Assembly: GCA_013141255.1 (NCBI GenBank)
Contig: JABFRJ010000318.1
Location: 1,053 to 65,052, forward strand
DNA from: Hyphomicrobiaceae bacterium
GTDB lineage: Bacteria; Pseudomonadota; Alphaproteobacteria; Rhizobiales; Hyphomicrobiaceae
Direction of reading: 5' to 3'
DNA length: 64,000 bases
A program made the position numbers and the translations under genes. How positions within the stretch are numbered: the first letter of the stretch is position 1; every line of letters begins with the position of its first letter. The notes beneath the pieces are model-generated. The model made no database searches. It was not told the DNA's origin and saw only the letters and a program-made list of their open reading frames with translations. Below, in pieces: positions 18,190 to 26,530 of the stretch.

Positions 18190-19710
18190 GTGGTTTCCAC
18201 AATGTGGCAAAAAATTCAGAACAATTGGCAAGGCCTCTTACTGGCAACCGCCGCAGGCATTTTGCTTACTCAAGGCCTCCAAGCTCAGTCTCGACCTTCG
18301 AACGCACCGCATCGGATTGAAGATAGCGCCCGCCCGATTGGCCAACCAAGTCGGTTAGACATTGGTCGCGCTCAAACAACACTGGAACGGATCGCAACGG
18401 GTACAGCTAAGTCATTACCTCAGGCAACCACACGCCACAACTCAGACTTCAACAACAATTCGCCATTGATCGTCACTGAGGCCAAACCTGCCCCAGCAGG
18501 CAAAGTGGATGATGTGCGCTCCGCCCCGATTTCAGCCCCGGTTGTCGCCCCAACCGCAACAGTGCCCTCAGCGTCTATGGTCTCCGCAACATCGACGGCA
18601 TCCACTTCGACCGAACCATTGGACATTGCCGGCGCCGAGCGCATCAACATTAAATTCCAAGGCCAACCGGAGCTATCGGGCGACTACCGCGTCAATGATG
18701 ACCAAACGATTTCGGTGCCCGTCGTAGGACGAATGTCAATTGCTCGTCTCGACGCGGCCGCTCTTGAATTAGCTCTTGCAGATCGCGTATCGCGATTGAC
18801 CGGTCGCGAAGCCTACGTCACGGTCGAAGTCGCAGAGTATCGCCCCGTCTTCGTATCCGGCTACGTCAGCCGCCCCGGAACAGCGCCTTGGAAACCGGGC
18901 CTCACGGTTTTGCAAGCCATAACTATTGCTGGCGGCGACTTCCGCAGCAGCGCCTCAGGTGGCGATAACTTCAGCCTTCGTGTGCAGCGCGCAGTTGACG
19001 ATCAGAAACGCATCTTTGCTCAAGTCGCTCGCCTTGAGGCCGAACGAGCGGGTGCTACAAAAATCGCAATACCCGAGCGTCTGGTTGCTCGCGTAGGCAC
19101 TCAACAAGCCAAGGAACTGATCGACGCTCAAAACTCGGTCTTTGCCAGCCGCCGGAGTGCGTCGGACGCCCAAATCGCAGGCCTGGAACGCGCCATCGAT
19201 CTCACCAAAACTGAGTTTGAAGGCATGAGCTCTCAAAAGAAGCGGCTCGCCGAACAACTTGATGCACGAAGAGGACAACTGGCACGATTAAAAAGTGTCT
19301 ATGACAAAGGGCTTCTCCGCAACGATCGCCTTGTCGATGAGCAAATAAAAATGGCAGATCTTGAAGAAAAAATTGCGTCCGTCGGCGTCTCAACCGCTCG
19401 CGCCTCGAGCACTTTGGTTGGTCTCGAACGTGAACTCGCCAACGCTCGGCAAGATCGCAATGCTGCAATTGATGCTGAACTGCTAAAGCTCGAACGAGAT
19501 GTCGCCCAACTGGACCTCGAAATCCAGAGTCTCGGCGTGACATCGTCCAAACCGATTCTAACCAGCACCAGCAAGGACGGTAAGGACGGAAAAGATAGCG
19601 TGATTTATGAAATAGTACGTCAGGACCGCACTGGCCCGCGCACGATTGTAGCAGACCGTTATTCACTTTTGCGCCCGGGTGACATGGTCGTCGTCAGCAT
19701 GAAACAATAA
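18190..19710 (+). CDS. Outer-membrane polysaccharide export (OPX, Wza-like) protein with long internal coiled coil
   Basis: Signal peptide (LLLATAAGILLTQGLQAQS) and an S/A/P/T-rich linker. Poly_export plus SLBB segment (GDYRVNDDQTISVPVVGRMSIARL...YVTVEVAEYRPVFVSGYVSRPGTAPWKPGLTVLQAITIAGG). About 220 aa of heptad-like coiled coil, then a terminal beta-grasp-like tail (LLRPGDMVVVS). GTG at 18190 or ATG at 18202. Confidence 0.85.
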   Translation: MVSTMWQKIQNNWQGLLLATAAGILLTQGLQAQSRPSNAPHRIEDSARPIGQPSRLDIGRAQTTLERIATGTAKSLPQATTRHNSDFNNNSPLIVTEAKPAPAGKVDDVRSAPISAPVVAPTATVPSASMVSATSTASTSTEPLDIAGAERINIKFQGQPELSGDYRVNDDQTISVPVVGRMSIARLDAAALELALADRVSRLTGREAYVTVEVAEYRPVFVSGYVSRPGTAPWKPGLTVLQAITIAGGDFRSSASGGDNFSLRVQRAVDDQKRIFAQVARLEAERAGATKIAIPERLVARVGTQQAKELIDAQNSVFASRRSASDAQIAGLERAIDLTKTEFEGMSSQKKRLAEQLDARRGQLARLKSVYDKGLLRNDRLVDEQIKMADLEEKIASVGVSTARASSTLVGLERELANARQDRNAAIDAELLKLERDVAQLDLEIQSLGVTSSKPILTSTSKDGKDGKDSVIYEIVRQDRTGPRTIVADRYSLLRPGDMVVVSMKQ

Positions 19711-19794
19711 GCAACTCGACGTCCCAAACATCAGCAACGTCGCCGACTGCAGGCCCATACCGTGTATCCAATTGAATAAGCCAGAAGAAAGTGC

Positions 19795-20847
19795 ATGAAA
19801 GCCAGTAAGTTAAAATTTCTGGAAACTGCAAAACGCACGGGCTTGTTCGATCTCGCTCGTCGACGCTCTTCCACTGGCGTGCGCATTTTAAATTATCACG
19901 GCATTTGGACGGGCTCGGACCCATACGCTGGCGACAGCATGTTTTTTACTGACACGGGCTTCACGCGTAGACTTGAGCTAATCAGAGCTTGGGGCTATCC
20001 GGTTGTATCGCTCGGCGATGCGATCGATCATTTGTCAGGCCAAAAAGCCATTCCCCCAAATGCCGTCGTCATAACAATCGACGATGGTTGGTACAGCAGC
20101 TACAAGGATATGTTTCCAAAGCTGCACCAACATGGAATGCCGTTTACACTATATTGCGACACAGGCCACCTCTACACTCCTGGCGTAATTCCCCACGTTG
20201 CTGCTATGTATTTTAAAATACTTGCGAACCAACGCAATGACCAATCAGAGCGAAACATCGCGCTCGAACGACCACTAAAGTCAGTCGCCACAGACCGCAG
20301 CCGGAGTTATGCCGAGCGTCTTGACGCTACGGAAAAATTGGCAAAACTACTCGGATTTGATTTCACGCGATACATGGCCGACAAGACTTTTCATTACATG
20401 TCACCATCAGAGCTGGTTGAAGCCGCAAGCAATCCAGATGTTTCCATTGAATTGCACACTCACAATCACACGCTACGTGATTGGAGCCGGAACGCAATCG
20501 AACAAGAAATTGCACTCAATCGAGCAGCGCTCGCCGATTTACTTAAACGACCACCAACTTCCTTTAAGCATTTTTGCTACCCCAGTGGGGCATACACGCC
20601 CGAAGCCGCAGAGATCATCAAATCGCTTGGGATAAAGAGTGCAACAACGACGAACCAAGGCATCGCCACAGTAGGCACTTCACTGCTCATGCTCCCACGT
20701 CTCTGTGACAACGAGATGCTCACAGAGATCGAATTTGAAGCTGAACTTTCGGGCTTTGCTGATTGGATGCGTCTTAGCCGCACGGTTGTTCCAAATTCAA
20801 AGGCACAATCGATAGGCACCACGCGATCAGCTTTTTGCCTAGCATAA
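19795..20847 (+). CDS. Polysaccharide deacetylase (NodB homology, CE4-like)
   Basis: NodB motifs VVITIDDGWYSSY and IELHTHNHT. 350 aa. Confidence 0.88.
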   Translation: MKASKLKFLETAKRTGLFDLARRRSSTGVRILNYHGIWTGSDPYAGDSMFFTDTGFTRRLELIRAWGYPVVSLGDAIDHLSGQKAIPPNAVVITIDDGWYSSYKDMFPKLHQHGMPFTLYCDTGHLYTPGVIPHVAAMYFKILANQRNDQSERNIALERPLKSVATDRSRSYAERLDATEKLAKLLGFDFTRYMADKTFHYMSPSELVEAASNPDVSIELHTHNHTLRDWSRNAIEQEIALNRAALADLLKRPPTSFKHFCYPSGAYTPEAAEIIKSLGIKSATTTNQGIATVGTSLLMLPRLCDNEMLTEIEFEAELSGFADWMRLSRTVVPNSKAQSIGTTRSAFCLA

Positions 20848-20868
20848 CGTGCAACGGAGCGCGCAAAC

Positions 20869-22470
20869 ATGAAGCTAATTGCGCTCCGAACGCGCTTTCG
20901 CAATCGGCCACATTGCAGTCTGGCACCTGCGGCAATCGCAATGTGCGTCGGACTACTGACGGTCATGGCACTGTACCCAGAGCCGATCACACCACTCGCG
21001 TTCGCCATACTCCCTATTGCTGGCCTCGCCTGCTACTATTTCCCGGTCCAAATTGTAATACTGGCAATCGCCGTTACTGTATTTCGAATTCACGAGGCCT
21101 ATCCATCTCTTCGCCCGACAAAGCTCCCGCTTGCCTTCGGCGCACTCGCGACGGCGACAATTTTTCTACACTTCGTTGTCTTAAGGACCGAACGGCCTTA
21201 TTGGAATCGCACCCTCACCTACTTCGCGATTTTACTCGGATGCATCTTACTCAGCGCAATATTCGCAGAAAGCCCAACACTATCGATCGATTTCGTTACG
21301 ATCTTATATTGGAAAATTATATTACTCGTCGTCGGCCTAGCCTGGCTCTTGCGCAGACCAGAGCATTTCGATTTTGCTGCCCGCATTTTCGTTCTAAGCG
21401 GCATCGCCCTCGCAGGTCGTGCAATCTATAACTGGATCAACAGTATTGCGCTAATCGAAGTTGGTCGCGTAACAATCGGCCCTGCTGATGCTCACTCAAA
21501 CATCGAGAACTGGTCAGACCCAACTGGCATGTTATCGACGTTGGGCGACTCTAACGATTTAGCGCTGTATCTAATTTTGCCGTTAAGTTTTGCCGTCGCC
21601 ATGGCGGTGACACGCAGCAGTCGCATGACAAACATCTTAGGCATTGCTGCATCCGCGGTCATTCTTCTCGCCATAATCATCACCCAAAGCTGCGGCGGCC
21701 TGCTGGGTGTTTCCGTTCTTTTCGGCACAATCATCTACACCGTTTCAAAATCCAAGGTCATGATACTCACAGCAATATGTGTAGGCGGCCTCGCCCTCTC
21801 GGCGGCAATCAGCTTCAGCCGTCACATCTCCAGTGTGACTGAATCCGCAATCGAGCGCGGCCTGGATGAAAGTACCCAAGGACGCATCGACAACTGGCTT
21901 ACATCTGTCTATATGGCGGTTAAACGACCTCAAGTTGGCGTTGGAATTAGCAATTTCATGGATAGTTACTACCGCTTTACCGATACTCCACGCCGCCGCG
22001 ACAAGGCCGTCCATAGCATCTGGTTTCAAGTGATAGGCGAACTTGGGTTTGTCGCTTTTGGCATCCTTGTTGCTATGTTCGCCACTTTGGTAAAAATGTC
22101 GACCACCAACCTCCAAATCCTCAAGTCTGTAAGTTCCGTGCCACCCAGTCTGCACGTGATAGGCATTGCCTCGATAGGCGCGCTCGCAGGCTTTATGGTT
22201 GCCCGCTCGTTCCTGACCCAAGCATTCAACTGGGCGCTGAACATCACTTTTGCGCTCCTAGTCGCCACAATACACGCCCTGCAGAAGTACGCCCCTTCTG
22301 ATGCGCAGAAGCTCAAACAAGCCTCAAATAAATCGACAACTCACTCCAAGTCATTTGTGTCCCATTTTACTTATTCCGATCCAAAATCGATCAATACAAA
22401 CAGTACCATTAAACAGACCGTTGCAACGCGAAGCCGCCCAAATTGGCCCACCAGCGCGTTGCCGCAATGA
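20869..22470 (+). CDS. O-antigen ligase-like / Wzy_C-domain membrane protein, paralog 1
   Basis: 533 aa and polytopic. Wzy_C signature AVHSIWFQVIGELGF. The conserved T-Q-S-R-G-G motif reads TQSCGG (Cys275, codon 21691-21693). Confidence 0.85.
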   Translation: MKLIALRTRFRNRPHCSLAPAAIAMCVGLLTVMALYPEPITPLAFAILPIAGLACYYFPVQIVILAIAVTVFRIHEAYPSLRPTKLPLAFGALATATIFLHFVVLRTERPYWNRTLTYFAILLGCILLSAIFAESPTLSIDFVTILYWKIILLVVGLAWLLRRPEHFDFAARIFVLSGIALAGRAIYNWINSIALIEVGRVTIGPADAHSNIENWSDPTGMLSTLGDSNDLALYLILPLSFAVAMAVTRSSRMTNILGIAASAVILLAIIITQSCGGLLGVSVLFGTIIYTVSKSKVMILTAICVGGLALSAAISFSRHISSVTESAIERGLDESTQGRIDNWLTSVYMAVKRPQVGVGISNFMDSYYRFTDTPRRRDKAVHSIWFQVIGELGFVAFGILVAMFATLVKMSTTNLQILKSVSSVPPSLHVIGIASIGALAGFMVARSFLTQAFNWALNITFALLVATIHALQKYAPSDAQKLKQASNKSTTHSKSFVSHFTYSDPKSINTNSTIKQTVATRSRPNWPTSALPQ

Positions 22471-22748
22471 AGGAACACTTGTCAAGAAAGCACGCATCCA
22501 CGCGCCTACCGAGGCGACAGCCAGTCGACACCGTTTAACAATTACAAACCTACGACAATCCGGCACAGATCATGAAGGTAACGTGCTGGAAGTTAGCCTA
22601 CCTGACCGCCTAGCAATGCCGTGCGCTGAATCGCTAAATCGACACGTTCAAGAACAATGGTTAAGCAACGGCAACTGAACTGTACAAACATACCAATAGC
22701 ACGGCATTCGTTAACCGAGCTGTAGCGTACATTGTGAGCCAATAAAGA

Positions 22749-24269
22749 ATGCCGCGCGCCGTCAACTACGACCCATCAGTATATCCCATCGCTCAGCATT
22801 ACAGCGCGTTAGCTGTTGCTGCGTGCTTCGCTGTCCTCACCGCGCTATATTTTGATCATTCCCCCCTCTCAATCGTCGCCGCGGCTGCGTTACCACTCGC
22901 TCTGCTTATAAGCATACAATCCCCAATTTTGGTTTGCGTGCTCTTTGTGTCAATCACGTTCTTTCGGATTCACGAGGCCTATCCGTTCCTAGAACCGCTA
23001 AAATTGCCGTTTGCATTCGGCTCGCTAATGTTCACGTCACTCGCTTTGCAGTGGCTAGTAATGGGTCGCATCGTCCCCTTTTGGATGCCAGAGTTACGAT
23101 ATCTAGTCGGGTTATTTGTATTGATCACAATCGGTGTCATTTTCGCAAAAAACCGTCAGGTTGCTTGGAACTTCTATAGCGACGTTTACTGGAAAATCGT
23201 TCTGGTTACATTCGCTGTCGCCTGGATCACGCGCACGACGGACGACTTCAACAAAATTTCCCGCATTCTTGTTTTGAGCGGAATCGCTATCGCCGCAGTC
23301 GCAATCTACAATAAAACCTACGGCATTGGCCTTGTCGAAGGCACACGCGTGACAATCGCACGCAAACCTCGTCGAGAAGAACTGGTCGGTGAGTTCGATC
23401 CCCTTGAGTCTGTTTCAACTCTTTCAGATCCTAACGATCTGGCGCTCATCCTTCTATTTCCACTCGCGTTTGCCATTTCAAGCTTGGTCTATCGCTCCGG
23501 CGTCATCAACACCGTTCTTGGATTAACCGGCACAGTAACGACCACGCTTGCAATTATCTTCACCCAAAGCCGTGGTGGTTTACTCGGAATTCTGGCAATT
23601 CTCGGCGTCATGGGATTGCGCACGATAAAATCGCGAACGGTCGTGATATCGCTAGGCGTGGCCGCTGCCCTCGGCCTAGCGGTTGCAATGGGTATCTCAA
23701 GCCGCGTCTCCGGCGGGGCCCAAGAAATCTCCGAAAGCGGTATTGACGACAGCTCACTCGGCCGCATCATTGCTTGGCGAGCCGCAATCGCCATGGCCGT
23801 AGCAAGGCCACTAAATGGCGTTGGTATTAACAACTTTATTGACAGTTACCACTTCTTTTCAGAAGTTCCCAATCGCCGAGAAAAAGCAGTACACAGCACG
23901 TGGTTTCAAGTTCTTGCCGAAACTGGCTTCCCCGGCTTCATCGTCTTTGTCACAATGCTCGTTATCACATTTAAAACAGCGATCGTTACTCTTATGCGAC
24001 TGAGCATCGCTCAAGCGCCACCGATACTGACAGCAACCGCGCTATCACTCGTTGCTGGTCTCGCCAGCTTTTGCGCAGCCGGTACGTTTCTAACGCAAGC
24101 CTTCACCCTACCGATTTATATCTTAATCGGCTTGACCGTTGCTCTATCGCGCGCATCAGAGCGACACCACAACAATCAATCATTAGACGACGTCTCTGTA
24201 CCATGGCACCCCACCCCTCCACTCCGTCCAATTTACCGCCATTTACCAACATTTGGTCGGCAAAAATAA
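22749..24269 (+). CDS. O-antigen ligase-like / Wzy_C-domain membrane protein, paralog 2
   Basis: 506 aa and collinear with paralog 1: FRIHEAYP, LVLSGIAIA, TQSRGGLLG (Arg275, codon 23571-23573), AVHSTWFQVLAETGF. Confidence 0.85.
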   Translation: MPRAVNYDPSVYPIAQHYSALAVAACFAVLTALYFDHSPLSIVAAAALPLALLISIQSPILVCVLFVSITFFRIHEAYPFLEPLKLPFAFGSLMFTSLALQWLVMGRIVPFWMPELRYLVGLFVLITIGVIFAKNRQVAWNFYSDVYWKIVLVTFAVAWITRTTDDFNKISRILVLSGIAIAAVAIYNKTYGIGLVEGTRVTIARKPRREELVGEFDPLESVSTLSDPNDLALILLFPLAFAISSLVYRSGVINTVLGLTGTVTTTLAIIFTQSRGGLLGILAILGVMGLRTIKSRTVVISLGVAAALGLAVAMGISSRVSGGAQEISESGIDDSSLGRIIAWRAAIAMAVARPLNGVGINNFIDSYHFFSEVPNRREKAVHSTWFQVLAETGFPGFIVFVTMLVITFKTAIVTLMRLSIAQAPPILTATALSLVAGLASFCAAGTFLTQAFTLPIYILIGLTVALSRASERHHNNQSLDDVSVPWHPTPPLRPIYRHLPTFGRQK

Positions 24270-24478
24270 ACGCCTTTGCAGTCTCACTCGAAATCGCCAA
24301 CCAGAGGCAGATGACACGCCCAAAACTCACATCTCATGATACGCCATGGCGCATCAGTCACATCCGCCGATATGACGTCGAACGAAACCCAACCAGTATC
24401 AAACAATCTACCAAAAGCTTCACATCCATATCAACAAACTTAAACGCCTCACGGATGTGACGAAGGACAAAGAAGACG

Positions 24479-25252
24479 ATGTCGCTGCTCGCAAACAAAG
24501 TCGCTAAATTGCGCCGGTGGGTCAAAAGCCAAGACTCCCCCGCAGCCAACGCAATCTACCGTATTGCCAAAGGCGCTCGTGGTATCTCCATTCCCTCGGT
24601 TCGTGCGATTCATTCGCCGCTCTATATGCTACATCGAGCAACGCAGATGGCATTTGCGAACGCTAAGCGCGCGATTTGGGTGACGCCACTCTTTCAATCA
24701 CAACTCCAAGCACCTGCGCCACGCCTCAATCTGTACGGGACACTACCCTTTATCCAGGGCAATGTGACAATGACGATTGGGGCCGATTGCCGGATCGGTG
24801 GTCGCACCAATTTCGCCGGTCGCACAGCCAGTCACCCTACGCCAGAAATTATCATTGGCAACAATTGCGACATTGGCTTCATGAATGTGCTCAGTTGCGG
24901 CAGCCGTATCCATATCGGCAACAACGTGCGGCTTGCGGCCTACGTCCAACTCGTCGGCTATCCGGGCCATCCCATTGACGTCGACGCCCGTGCTCTCGGC
25001 GCGCCCGATACCGACGATCAAGTCGGCGACATCATCCTTGAAGACGACGTATGGTTAGCGACACGCGTCACCGTTAATCGCGGCGTACGAATAGGTCGCG
25101 GAACCATTGTGGCAACCGGCAGCGTTGTCACTTCGGATCTCCCACCTTTCGTTCTCGCGGCGGGCATTCCAGCGCGGATTATCAAAAATTTACCTCAACC
25201 AAATACGCACGCGGCGCTGCCCACCAAAGCCTCAGCCCCACAAGCGGCATAA
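24479..25252 (+). CDS. Left-handed beta-helix (hexapeptide) O-acetyltransferase, WcaF/MAT-like
   Basis: Hexapeptide repeats across IGADCRIGGRTNF...IGNNCDIGFMNVL...IGNNVRLAAYVQL...LEDDVWLATRVTVNRGVRIGRGTIVATGSVV. Confidence 0.85.
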   Translation: MSLLANKVAKLRRWVKSQDSPAANAIYRIAKGARGISIPSVRAIHSPLYMLHRATQMAFANAKRAIWVTPLFQSQLQAPAPRLNLYGTLPFIQGNVTMTIGADCRIGGRTNFAGRTASHPTPEIIIGNNCDIGFMNVLSCGSRIHIGNNVRLAAYVQLVGYPGHPIDVDARALGAPDTDDQVGDIILEDDVWLATRVTVNRGVRIGRGTIVATGSVVTSDLPPFVLAAGIPARIIKNLPQPNTHAALPTKASAPQAA

Positions 25253-25285
25253 AATTGCGCTCAACATACCAAAGCGAGTTTCATC

Positions 25286-26515
25286 GTGCGTTCGTTATTC
25301 CTCACTACACGCCAATTTTGGCCTCTAGATACCGGTGGCAAGCTTCGAGATTTTCACCTCGCCCGTCAACTCGCCGCCCATGCGCAAGTTACTTACGTCT
25401 GCTTTCGAGACGGCAACGACACGTCTCCGTGCCCACCCGATCTTGCCGCACCTTTTGCACGCGTGATTGTTCTCGATCGCCCTCCGCAATACACAAAAAC
25501 TACACTCGTTCGTGGGCTCCTAAGTCGCCAGCCTGCCAATGTCATCAATTATACAACACGTGAGATGAGCAACGCGCTACGGCAGTTGTTCAACGAGCAA
25601 CGCTTCGACACCATTCAGGTCGAAAACGTGTTTATGTCGGGCTACATGCAGCTACTCCGCGACGCACCAGGGCACCCCCGCATCATTACGGATTGGCACA
25701 ACATAGAATCCGAACTTATGGCACGATATGCGGCCTTTATCCCAAATCCCGCCAAACGCTTCTATGCGAGTGAAACCGCGAGACGACTACGTTTTGCAGA
25801 AGCCGATCAAATCAGACTTTCCGACATCCTCCTCGTAACCTCAAGTCGCGAGCGCGATGCACTCGTTAAGCAAGGCGTCCACATTCCTATTCATATCGTC
25901 GAAAATGGTGTCGATGCGTCGCAATTTGAAAACATTGAACACCGCCAAGACAAGGCATCCGGTAAAGACAATCCAAATATCATCTTCGTTGGATCGATGG
26001 ACTATCACGCGAACGTGGACGCCGTACTTGAGTTTGTTACGGAAAGTTGGCCGACAATTCGCGCCGCTCAACCTGACCTAGATTTAAAAATAGTTGGACG
26101 CCGCCCCCCACCGTCTATTCAGGCCTTAGCCTCAAGGCCCGGCGTTATTGTCACTGGCAGCATTCCTGACGTCCGCCCCTTCTATCGTGGTGCCATTGCC
26201 TCCATAGTGCCCTTACGCATCGGCGGCGGCACACGTTTAAAAATTCTTGAAGCATTCGCAGCACGCACACCAGTCATATCGACCACATTAGGGGCCGAGG
26301 GCTTAGCAGCCCGTCACGACGAACATCTTTTAATTGCTGAAACCACCAGCGATTTTATTGCAGCGATCACAAAATTGCGTACCGACGCCAAGAAATGCAC
26401 GGCCTTGATCAATGCCGGTCATAGTCTCGTCAAATCAATCTACGATTGGCCTGTCGTTGGACGCGATCTAGGTGGCATCCACAATGCCGCACGTACTTCA
26501 TCTCGGGCAGCATAG
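25286..26515 (+). CDS. Glycosyltransferase family 4 (GT-B)
   Basis: GTG start. C-terminal GT1/GT4 pattern (IIFVGSMDYHANVDAV...IVPLRIGGGTRLKILEAFAARTPVISTTLGAEGL). Confidence 0.9.
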   Translation: MRSLFLTTRQFWPLDTGGKLRDFHLARQLAAHAQVTYVCFRDGNDTSPCPPDLAAPFARVIVLDRPPQYTKTTLVRGLLSRQPANVINYTTREMSNALRQLFNEQRFDTIQVENVFMSGYMQLLRDAPGHPRIITDWHNIESELMARYAAFIPNPAKRFYASETARRLRFAEADQIRLSDILLVTSSRERDALVKQGVHIPIHIVENGVDASQFENIEHRQDKASGKDNPNIIFVGSMDYHANVDAVLEFVTESWPTIRAAQPDLDLKIVGRRPPPSIQALASRPGVIVTGSIPDVRPFYRGAIASIVPLRIGGGTRLKILEAFAARTPVISTTLGAEGLAARHDEHLLIAETTSDFIAAITKLRTDAKKCTALINAGHSLVKSIYDWPVVGRDLGGIHNAARTSSRAA

Positions 26516-26530
26516 CCCCGCAGAGGTCGA

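Noticed and set aside
20835-21431. 198-aa ORF in an alternative plus-strand frame overlapping the first Wzy_C gene
   Set aside because: The Arg-rich translation has no membrane or domain features. The overlapping frame encodes a coherent polytopic protein homologous to its neighbour.
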